Below are positions 45,001 to 56,576 of a stretch of DNA of 64,000 nt, piece by piece; position 1 is the first letter of the stretch; every line of letters starts with the position of its first letter. The stretch comes from Balanoglossus misakiensis (Eukaryota; Animalia; Hemichordata): NCBI GenBank assembly GCA_040954595.2, contig CM082583.2, positions 11,297,656-11,361,655 of the forward strand. The letters run 5' to 3'. Position numbers and translations under genes: made by a program. The notes under the pieces were generated by a model that was given only the letters and a program-made list of their open reading frames with translations, ran no database searches and was not told the origin of the DNA.

Positions 45001-45595
45001 TTACAAACAAATGTCGTTCCAGAGTACTTTACCTGCTTGCGGAATATTCCAACATTCATAGGATGGTGTGGTAAAGTTTTGATTTCTCTGTTTTATATTC
45101 AATCTCTTTTTACCAATTTAGATATCGTTGGAATTTCACCGTGATCGTACAGGACTGTGCCACGTCCGTGTGCCATGCAATGGGGGATACAGACTGATAC
45201 CATCGAAGCTGTATCGACTATACGTGATAAATAATTTAATGTTCACCGCAAACTATCTCCAATTTAAAAACGAGACATCTTGAATATATGTTCGTTTGTT
45301 CCATGAATGAAAGGGATCTACCATTTCGACCAGACGAGCTGCTGATCGCGTTCTCGCAGGCGGGAATAATACCGACGATGACTCAAGAAAAGAGATGAGT
45401 TGAACTGAAATGAACAGGTTGTTTTGAAATGTACATGTAGACATTGCCAGCGCTTCATCATACAGCCGGGAAGTGTGAAGTTACGCGTGGAGATCACCCT
45501 GTTCAACCCCACGCTGAATTATTTTTTACTAGCAAACAACCCGATACAACTTCTTTCTTTCTGGGACGTCGCAAAACGTTGCGGATAATCGCAAA

Positions 45596-45611
45596 ATGCA
45601 GAGCACCAAAG
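45596..45611 (+). CDS. Candidate first coding exon (MQSTK, phase 1) of an unidentified gene
   Basis: gcaaaATG start context and a strong donor AAG|GTATGT at the end of a CpG-rich, 5'UTR-like stretch. No downstream exon was identified in the window. Confidence 0.35.
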
Positions 45612-46830
45612 GTATGTATCCGCGACATCAATTTCACACGATCAAAATCGTTGATAGTCGTATAAAACCACCGACACGAGATGTGTCGTTTGTTTTCTAC
45701 GGTTGTATTGACCACGAACCAGACGTGTGTTACTGCTGTCATTAAAATACATTTTAATAGTTTTATAAATTTAATGAAATTGAATATCGACCGGTACAAC
45801 GGTTCACTTATGGCTCTAAAACAATATCGAAACTTGATAGCCCAGCCCAGCTAGCGGTGTGTGTATCCAACAGCACGCAGACTGTTGCCCGGACAAAAAT
45901 GCCAACTTTTTTGACGCACTCGGTCCAAATATTTCCTGGAAGAGGAATTGTTTGCAGATAGAAAGGGAATTATGGGTGTGTGTATATAGAGTATTACGAC
46001 CAAGTGACCCTTGTCAAACGTTTATTAGAGCTAACACACTGTTTAATTATATAACAGGCAGTGTTGCCTACAAACAAGTGAAGAATAGGTCCACAAAGAA
46101 GTTGGCCAAATACTGACACTTCAGTCAGACAGCTCGTCAGGCCACCAAATCAAAATTTTGAGCTGAAAAATAATGAATGTTTACTGAAAAAAATACTTCT
46201 GGCGTATTGGGCTAAATGTTGCTGTCAGTTATCTAGTTTCAAAACATGTTTTCATTGGGGCCGGAGCATGCAGGTCTTGTCCGTGATTGATTTCGACAGT
46301 TGATCTACAAAAAAGACAGGTACCCTTTTGAAAGCCAAATGAACACAAGAGCTAGCAGTGGTTTAGTCTGTCTGCCCGATAAATGAAGCTTTTCAAATTT
46401 TCCTGAAACTAGAGTCGGTTCATTCCTGTCTGCCTTCATGCGCATGAAACTAGATAGGTCTACTTTTCATTAAACACAGTTAGTGTGTGTTTGTTCTTTC
46501 CAACCCACTGGCTTTGATAAAGAAAAAATTAGCCGATCTTATTCTAAGTATATGTTTGTGTAACAAATTTTTATGCGAGTCCAACTTCGACATATTAAAC
46601 AATGGATTCTATATATAAGTACATGTACAGGCAATATGGCTCTAATTTGATCAAATTAATTGAAAACAGTGAAGAACAAATTGATAGGCTTGTGGGAAGA
46701 AAAAGTATCACAGGGTTTGCTGCAAAGGGCTCATCAGTTTTAGAATCTTATTAATTTTATATCAATTAGAAATATTGGCAAGACAAGTATTTCATATACA
46801 ACAAGTTTGTTGCAGCAATACTAAAAGTCA

Positions 46831-47116
46831 AATAAATATACAGGGAAACAAATTAGGTTATACTTACCCCAGACAGAAATCTTCGAACAGTTATGAGATC
46901 TAGTGACTTAATAATTAAGTTTCTTTTAATTTAATTTCTTTAGTAGATTTAACTGTCAACATTTGTATATTTTATCATAACTTATTCAAATGTGAAATAT
47001 CATGACCCAAATTGGGGCATTATAGTGAACAAATATTGTAAAATTACAGTTTATAAATTAATTGGTAAATCCGAATAAATCATGTAAATTTCCATGAATG
47101 TCATTAGAAAGAAAGT
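46831..47116 (-). repeat. Right copy of the ~270-bp diverged inverted repeat
   Basis: Its reverse complement aligns by eye to 44488-44760 with scattered substitutions and small indels. Confidence 0.88.
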
Positions 47117-50100
47117 CAAAGTTCAAACAGTCCTCTTTTGTTTATTGAAGCTGTTTTGAAATTTAAATTAAAGGCCAAGTTTCTATAAAAAGTGACATGC
47201 AATGGGACATCTCATATTTAGATTGGAAACAATTGCCTTGTACCTTGTATTTGTCAGTTTGTGCAATTTTCTCTTCAACCAGAGCTCTAGAGGTCATGCT
47301 GAAGGTCAGCGAGATAGCTAGGACAAGGATACACTTCATTGTTTATCATGTGAAATCATGATTTGTGTTATTACATGACTAAAATCATAAATCACGTTCA
47401 CACATTTCATCTATGAAATAATGCATTGTTTATCTCACGAGCAAAAACACCCACTTCTAAACTAGCTCGAAGAAATCGCAAAATCAACCTATTTTCGCAG
47501 CTGTGAATGCTGTGTTGAGTGTTCTAATTTGATAAACAGTCCGGTTGAAATGCCCAAACCGGCATACCACTTACTCAAATTGAGATTACTGTAAATTGCT
47601 TTGCCCAAATATAGCCAACTTCCATTATGGATTCTACTGTTGGCTTTTCTGTATCGGATCCATTTCAAAGCATTAAAGGCTGTACGCCTACTTACGTTGA
47701 AATGCCAGGGCACATATATCAGCACCCGAAATCTAACTGAAGTAGTGTAAGAAAGTTTAACAGAAGCATGAGTGGTGTTTCTGGTCAGGGTTAGCACATA
47801 GACTGGTTCAGTTATCACAACCTTGTTGTGGTCCACAGTGTTTCTGTTGTGACAAAGGTGTGGGACATTAACATTTTTCTTGATGTTGTTCCCCAAGGTC
47901 AACTAAATTGAAAGTTCTCTGAACGACCGATTATTCCATTGTAGCAATGCTATTATTGCCCAGAGGGTCTTAACCTTGTTGTGGAAGATTAAAAAAGTTA
48001 TGACAGTCTTTTTCGCTTGGAAAATTGATTTTGTGGTTATAAGATTGCTGATGGAATGACAAAACTTATGGTACAAAGTGTTCTAGGGTACGTACAGTGT
48101 TGCAAACTTGAACGCTGTATGTACTTTGCGATTTTGGTGCATACGCAAAGCAATGTGGCACAGATCAACACCATTGGTGGTAGTGTACAATTGTACATGT
48201 TCACACACATTCACTGATGTCCTTGCCCGCCCGGGCAGTGTTGTCTGTTTCTGGTGACCCTGGTTTTCAGGTCAAACAGGGTGATCACAGTCAGTGTGAT
48301 ACCATCAGTGATTCAGAAAAAAATTGTCATTGGTGTACAGATTAAGATTGTTGAGTGAATCATCAATTCATTTAATTAATTGATTAGTTAATTAATCATG
48401 ATGTGAAACATATGCTTATCCTGTTAGGAGAGATAATGTTTATGTGATAACTTTGCTTGCTTTATAATTGTGTCACCATATGTGTTTGAAATACGTAGTT
48501 ATTTTTAGATCCTCTTCTCTACCATATTACATGTTCATGATGTTAGAGTCCACATGTCAAAACTTTGTGTTAGTCTTTGTATATTGTTTACCCAAGTTTT
48601 GTTGGAAATTTTGCCTGTCTGTTTGTTATAGAGAAAACAAATAGCTATGAGGGGAAACAGTGTCTGTGAATTGATCAGAATGAGTCATCTATCTGTGTTT
48701 AAAAAATACAGCTTCATGGCAACACACTTTCATTCCGCATGGTAGGCTCAAATTCCATTTGTATATCAAATTGTCTGTCAAGTAAAGGTGACAATGAATC
48801 ACAATTGTAGATAATTAGACACAGTCCATTGAGGAGAGGGGGGGGGGGGGACATACATCGGACTTTGGCTTGGCCTAAAATAGACTTTTTGTGATTTTTC
48901 AGTGATTATCAGGCTTCTTACAGAAAACAATTTTGCAAAGGGTTATTAACAATTCATAGGCGGTAGTACTTTAATTTGTGTTCAGCTGTAAACAATAGGA
49001 TCAGGGGGAGGGGGGCATTAACTGCGGGAGACATCAAAGGAACAGCTACGAGGAAATTTCACGACTGTCTGGGATGTTGCAGTTGCAAATCTGAAAGCCA
49101 GGCGTGATGATTACCGTAACATTTAGATCGGCGAATGAAAACATGATATTTTCACTTACGCTGCAGGCTTCAAAAATGCGTTAAAAGGGAACATGTATAA
49201 CGTCGAGGAAATACTCCCTCCTTTTCACACGATTTTCCCTCCGCTCTGAAACAGCTAGATTTGGGATCTTTAGAATTCTCGGCTGAATTTGATTAAAAGT
49301 AGATTCCGAAGGCAGTATCTGGAGATTTTCTCTGCTTTTTAATCAAACGGTGACATTACGTGCAGAAATCATTCAAATTTCTTTGTGCAGTACGTGTAAG
49401 ATGAAACAGTTTTGAGTCAGATAGATGCTTTCCACGCCATTTTTCCTCACAGAGATATCATCAACCAGGGCTCTTTACATTGGATTTCATCAAAGAAGAT
49501 TTCTGTGAATTGCATGTTGTTTACGTATAATTAATAGAAAAAACAACAACATGAAAATTGCACTGTTAACAATGCCAGAGCCAGCAGTTTGGATTCCAAA
49601 GTTCATGGAGCATGCACTCCAGCTATTCCTTCCACAGTGTGGGAAAGGCTGTTTAATTTCCTTGAAAGGTGACCTTTGCCTGGTTCTTGGTGTCAGGAAT
49701 CTGATCACGTCAAATATTATGTCAGTGAGTGAATGCCAATCGAGAAAATTACACAAGGGAATGGGATGTGCTCATAGTCAACAGTGAAATTGGGGTTCAT
49801 GCGTCATAGTCAAGACACTCAGACTCCAAACGTGTAGAGAGACTTATGCATCCCATGTTCTTGCCTTTTACTTGTACCAATCAATGTAAAACCAGAACAA
49901 AAGAGACATGTCCCTCATCAGCTTATTAAATCCCAAAACAAATTTCCTATGGATTAACATTTTGAATGGAGTACACAAGACAATATGACCCTCACACAAG
50001 GACACTGGGCTTTACTATAAACTGCAAGTACATGTATATGTCCATTGTGAAATGCACACACATATGAACAATTGCATATGATGTTCATGTATGTACAAGT

Positions 50101-53100
50101 ACTGTACCACCCCCCACCCCCCACCCCCACCCCCTCTGTTAAACAGCTTGTCAGTCAGGGTACATCACAGACACACATTTAATGCTTCAATGATACAAAA
50201 AGACATGATATATATAATCTTGCAAGATTTTTCAAGCAAACACTACCTTTTCGTTGTGTGCTCATGTCGTGTGGTATGAGAAAAATGTGTACAAAGTCAC
50301 AAATTATGAGGGTTGGTTGGAGGTCGTTTAGATGGCCACACACGGTAGAGCACTGGATGAAATAAATAATATCTGTGATGCAGTGGTGTCCAGTGAAATA
50401 TCTTCCAAGTTATCAGAAGGAGAGCTGGCGTCCCATAGATTTGGATGAAATGACGGTGGTTCTCGTTATGTGCATGTATGTAGAAAGTACTACAAGGAAC
50501 ACCCATACAGTATGTGGATTTGTCAAACATTTTGACAAATCTCGGGAATTTTAATTTGTCTTCATCAATATTGATAAATCTTCTGCTGCAGATGTACAGT
50601 ACTATGTACATGTAGATCCAGCAGTGTTCAATGTACATGTATGACAGAGTTCCATAATATTTCACAATCTTATCTTGATTCCATTAAGAACAGGAACACA
50701 AAGAAGCCGCCAGCATACGTCAACCTGGCATATCAGATTTTGTGAATAAACAGTATCAATTTTTTCAGATGATGATGTTTGAGCTGAATTGTTCAACCAA
50801 ATCCTGGTGAAAACATATGTGGATGCCACACCTATGATAATTATCTCTCCAAAAATGTCGTCCATAAGCCTGCGAGAAATCTCCTGATTTTGCTGTCAGT
50901 GCAACTCAAATCAAATCCGCAAACCAGAAAGGCTGACATTTAAAATGGAAGGGTAATCAGTTTCCTGGGTGACTTCGGTGATGAGCTTTCGTGTGGGGGT
51001 ATTAATTCTGCCCTTTGCGACGCGACGCCCTGAAATTTCAGCGCTGTTCCCTGCGGAAGACATCGCGTTTTATCCACTTGCAACAAAATCTTGAAGAGCA
51101 TCATTTGCCAATAAATTTAGCTCACTGTCTCCTGACTCAAGGTTTATTTTGTTGGATTGGTTCTGCAATTTGTGATTTGATAGATGCACTTGTGCAAACA
51201 GAGTGAGGACTGGTAACTATTTGAACAGATTCATTTGGCAAACAAACTGGTTTCATCACCATGTGGGTGAGGAGAATGATGAAACCACTCCTGACTCAAC
51301 TCATAGACCATCATGGATGTACTCAAAACACAGCCATGCTCAATCTTCTTCAGTTATTTTGTAGTTTGAAGTGAATAGGATGCTGATATTCTCACCTGAA
51401 CCCACGAATAAGAAAGAAGAACACGTTACATGCATGTGATATTTTATTCAATGAGAATTTTGAATGACCTTGGCAAATGTCAGTGTCCAGTTACAAATCA
51501 ATGTGACTGCTGTCAATTGTAGAGGTGTACTTATAAGTGGGTGTTTGTTTTGTAAATGACAGTGAAATACACTGGTAATTAGTGTACCAAAACAAGGTTA
51601 AGATCGTTGCTTGGTTACGGTATTCGTATAATTTATAGGTACTTGATTTTTGCTTGAAGAGAAGACCTGTAGTATATGTATGGTGGTTACAGTTATTTTT
51701 TATACTTGAGAGAGACAGATTATGAAATTGTGACATATCTGGATGTCTGGGGCAGCCCCATGCAATGGTTGTTTTCTAGTGTTTTCTGGGTCACTCAGTT
51801 ACAATGCAAAGTTTTTCTTCAAATATTGACATATCTACCATTGCATACAATGACACACCCATCACAATTTCTTATGACATACATGTACATATAGGATATT
51901 GCCATCTGAAGAAAAAAAAATTCAAATTTATTGCGGTTGTCACAAACAAACGGCTGTTCCTCCCATCACAGTGATGATGACAGATGCAGGTGGTATTTGA
52001 GGATTGGATTTACTGTCAGTTTAGAGTGGGTGGATTCTAATCCTGGTACAGATTTTTTTGTCTGTATAAATGTTAATCAACAGGAAATAATATGTCAAAG
52101 GTCAACAACCATTGACGTACACAGCGGCAGCGTGGACAGCAGAAGAATCTGAATCTGAATCCAAATTTAAATGTGTTTTAATAATGTCCGTAGTTCACAG
52201 CGAACGCTGCCCTCTGACTGTTGCATTGCATTGTGGGAGGGCCAGAAAAAGTTACAAATGAAGCCAGAAATTTCACAGAGACTGTAATATATTCTGACAC
52301 GAAAATACTGAAAAAGTATCACTGTGATTTAGCGATGAAGAAACATATGGCACATTAAACATATGAAGACAGGAAAGCTACTAAGAGATCAATCTTGGTG
52401 TAATATGTGGCCAAACAGGGGTTTCCATTTGTGTCACCATGACAACCACACCTTTTGAATGAAATATTCCATAAGCTGTGAATCTTCAGGACAGTCTTTG
52501 GATATTTGGCCTGACAGGAGTATTCAGTTTTGTTGCCGTGTAGCTGTACCTTGAGGTTGAACTGCAAGCATCAGCAAAGTTGCGAAGATGTTATGTTTGA
52601 ATACACCTTCAGGAAATTGTGATTGAGCGTGTGTGCGACAGTTTTGATAACCAGCGCCCTAAATCACACTACTCCTTGTGTTTCACTTCAAGCAATAAAA
52701 CTGTTCATTGCACGAAAGTGGTTTTTGTTCTGTCTGGTAGCCTTTGAAGGCTAGAAAATGCAGTTTGTTTTCGCATTTCCCCCATGAGAGAAATCACAGC
52801 GAATTCCAGCATTTGTACGGGTCCCAAGTCAATGACACTAACTTAAGTTGTCCCAGAGGAATCAGGCACTCTGTTGAAAACAAGATTGAAGGCTGTTAAG
52901 CTATTGACCAGTTTTATTGTCGCCAGAGAAAGAAAAACCATCAGATACTTCTTGTTGCATTCAATTAAATCATTTATTAAACACATTGGATGTGAAAATA
53001 TGCTGTCTTAGCGTGTATGCTTGTCGTTGTTTTCGTAAACAACACGATTTTCTAGGGACCCCCTTCCTCACCCGGCGACCCCGTTCATCAGTACTGTACA

Positions 53101-54965
53101 TTTATGTATCCTAGCAGATATATCTTCTACAAATTGTAGTTCAACCATGAAGACAAATTCCAATATAAATGCCGTTTTCCTCCCAAAGTGACGCTTTATG
53201 ATCCATTGAGCTCTCTTGTCTTGTGCCTTTCTTGACTTTTGTGCCGCCATAAACGTTATCGCACACAAGGAGGAAAGTGGCGTTTTGTAGCTCTCCACGG
53301 AACGATTTGGATGCCGGCGTGACAGAATTGATGGATTATCGAGAGCTCCATTCTTGTGTATCTAATCTAGTCCACAGTAATTGCCGTCTACCTATCCGTG
53401 GGTCGCTTTCACCTTCTTCTAATGTGTATCGCTGCCGCTCTCAGCTCCCACGTATGCATCCTCAGTTTGCGTCAGATTGCCCACAGCTGCTGATAACAGG
53501 GGTTGGTGATCTTGTCACAGAACCCATCACAAGTGAGCGAGGAGGAGGCTCACTATCTGATCTCCCTGGCTCAAATTATTTGCATAACTGCAAAAATACA
53601 TATTGTATGGTTTAATCACAGTATGAGTGTGAATTATTAATTGCATTAATTAATGTATTTAGAGCCTTTTTATAGTTAAAATGTTTCTTTAAAGGGGTGT
53701 GCGAGAAAGAGGGAAGGAAGGAGGGAGCGAGACAGACACACAGAGAGGACTTATAGTGGTGGCATACATGTACATGTAGGCTCAGGCTGGGAGTGTTTAA
53801 AACAATTATAATAATAATATTGATTTCTTATATAGTGCATTACATAATACATCTCAATGCCCTTTACAGTTTTTCCCCTGGTCATTGAACCAAAACAACC
53901 ACCTCTTTCTCCTTATATTATCATTTTACTCTTTATTTTTTACCATTGTTCTATAAACTGCATAGTATTTGTCTGCCGTCCTATTGGGAAATATTCCATT
54001 CATTTTATACTTCAACAAATTCCCATACATGTCTGGTTATCAAATGTCACCAGGCAAATTTTTACGCAGTTACAAAACACATGCTATTTTCTATTATTAT
54101 AAAACATAGAGATGATTCAACTCTTCCTCGACATGAGACAGAAACTGGATAAATGATCTGACACGATCTGCTTGTCACACACATTTATTCTCCAGCGTAC
54201 AGCAGTGGGTTATTGCCTTCTGCAGCTGTGCGAGAACAGTGTGTGTGTGATGTTATATCTGGGATGGCATGTAATCATTGCTGGTCGGTTGAATCTCTCA
54301 AACCCTTACATCATCCTCAACGGTGTGCATCAAGAGATGTGTACATTGCCCTCCCCCCAGTATATTCTACTTGTATAAATGAATGAGTTCAGTCCAATGT
54401 AATATAAAATCTCTGAAACCTAAGTTTGTAAAATTCTAAGAAGAGAATTGTCAGGTATAGAAAAGAAGATAAAGAACTGATTTGATTAACATAAAATCCA
54501 TGTTCCAGTAAATCTGATTTCGAAGAGTTTCAGCGGATGCTTTCAACAAAATTGAATCTGGTACATGTATGAAGGTTGTAGACTTTCTTTGAAGAGGCAA
54601 GGATTAGATTACATAATTCTCATGTGTCTGTCTGCAACCAGTTCTAAAGTATCAGCTAATGTGTCTCTGTTAGCAGGGCCTAGCCGGCTTCAACAGAGTG
54701 ATCAGATCAATATAAAAGCTTGCCAGTGTGTAAACCAACTAAAACCTAACATTACGTCGTCGTCGTGATAATAGATTTTCTATGGTTGCCTAGTAACTAC
54801 TCTGAAGCATCTATGCTGCTGACATGAAACAAGCTTTCAAGAAAGATGTACCCCTTTTCTGAATGTGAAATGGTCACGTAATGTATTGTAAGTTTCTTTA
54901 TCACAGAATGTACACGTATCAGCTTCAAGCGCTGTAGGAGTCAGTTTCTAGGGACTAGCTATCAG

Positions 54966-55037
54966 CCAATCAAGTTCTTCTTCTGAGAAACGTCAAGGCC
55001 GGCGGAGGAGTTCTTCTAAGAAATGGTCACTGATTGG
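54966..55037. promoter_or_regulatory. Symmetric CCAAT-GAS-GC-GAS-ATTGG cassette
   Basis: CCAAT 54966-70, TTCTGAGAA 54981-89, GGCGGAGG 55001-08, TTCTAAGAA 55014-22, ATTGG 55033-37. Confidence 0.5.
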
Positions 55038-56479
55038 TGATCCTATGTTAAATTACAATATTACATGTATTAATATTATACAAATTGGAGCTGTATAGCC
55101 GTTGTCGTAAAATTGATGTGCAGTGTGTGCCAGCCCTGGAATAAAATTTTAAAAACGTGCATATCAGCAGTGTGATTCAGGAAGACTGTAGCTGGTTTAC
55201 TGATATCAATTAATGTTGAGATGGGAAAGAAGACACCATTAACATGCAGTTCCACACGTAACCCTCCTGCCCATAGAGTAGTTGAGTGAATGAAATAATT
55301 GTAACATCAGTGGAGACAGAAATATAGACACGTGTGTTATTTCCGGTAACAAAACGAATAGAATTTGCTCATCTCCAATATCTTGACTCAATTTACCATA
55401 GAGAGAGTAGAAGGAAGGTTGTGTGTGATTTTGCCTGTCACTTTATTCACGTTTCATGGTGGTTACCCCTGGCAAGCTGTCAGATTGTGTGGTTTTCTGT
55501 TGTCATGGTGACAGCTCCCACTAGAATACTAGTAACTCAAGACTGTTTTGCCAATGGGCAGTGATGTAGATGCTGTACTGTGACCCATTGCATCATGGGA
55601 GCAAAAGAAGCCAATCCACTGTTTCCCCAACATTGGAGGGTGTCTACGGATACTCTCTGGGGAGACTGTTGCATATGATTCAGAAAGAGCGCACAAAACA
55701 TGACCTACTTCTCTCTACCTGAATCTTAAAAGGCCCATCTTCTTCCAGTCCAACAGACATTAAAAATGGGACCCACTTGGGATTGTATGCCTCTTTTGTG
55801 GTCAAGGGCCTCCAGCTAGAGACCGAACATGGAAGTAAAACATGTGTTGAATTTTTGTCCATTGACAGAACGTTGTCCTGTTGACTCACACAGAGAACCA
55901 AAGGGTACCTCATTAGTAAATGTTAATCAGTGAATTTGTTGCAGTCTGCTGCAAATTGCATGGAGCACAGTGCCTTAATTTCTCAGTTCAGGTGGTCGAC
56001 AGATAGCAGATTTGGAGCTGGAACAATGGTTTTGAATGTCTCAACTCGACCGTGACCTTGGCTTTGTGTGGGGAGGGGGAGGCCATGTTTACCAGTTCTG
56101 TCGATGGCCGGCACGACCCTATTGAGTTGAATACACTTACGTGTCCAGTCCATTTTGCTTTTTTTTTGCTGCGGCCGGTTGTTGGCTCAAATAAACGCCC
56201 TTGAATAAAACATGGGTATGTTCCCAAGTTGCCCGGGCAAACAAGGGTTATTTCCTCTGCTCTACTGGTTTTGAGGCAAACAGATTGTTGTTGTTTCTGA
56301 ATCAGATGACAACGTATGACATATTTGAGAGTGCCCATTACAGGTATGTGTACGTCCTCCCAACAATAGCGTGACGTCAGAACAAAAAACAATCGATTCT
56401 TAGTCGCGGTCAGACCTTCACAACACACGCACAGGGATTTACTGACACTGCACCGTTACGTTACAAGCATGTGAGAAAG

Positions 56480-56576
56480 ATGTTTCGACAAAATCCGGGG
56501 TGGCTATCCAAGCTGTTAGATATGAAACTGCCTCTGTGGAACTCGACGGGTAGTGAGGATGATGTCCTTGCTGCGG
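56480..56576 (+). CDS. Candidate alternative first coding exon (MFRQNPGWLSKLLDMKLPLWNSTGSEDDVLAA, phase 1)
   Basis: aaagATG start, consensus donor G|GTGAGT, a CRE (TGACGTCA) at 56372 and local CpG enrichment upstream. Confidence 0.4.

Noticed and set aside
44995-45003. GTATCCTTA, resembling a third U12 donor
   Set aside because: No matching branch site and acceptor or exon context was found, so it cannot be supported.
47489-47902. 137-aa minus-strand ORF next to the inverted repeat, considered as a transposase remnant
   Set aside because: It has a non-ATG start, no DDE, RT or HTH motif that I recognise, and lies outside the repeat pair.
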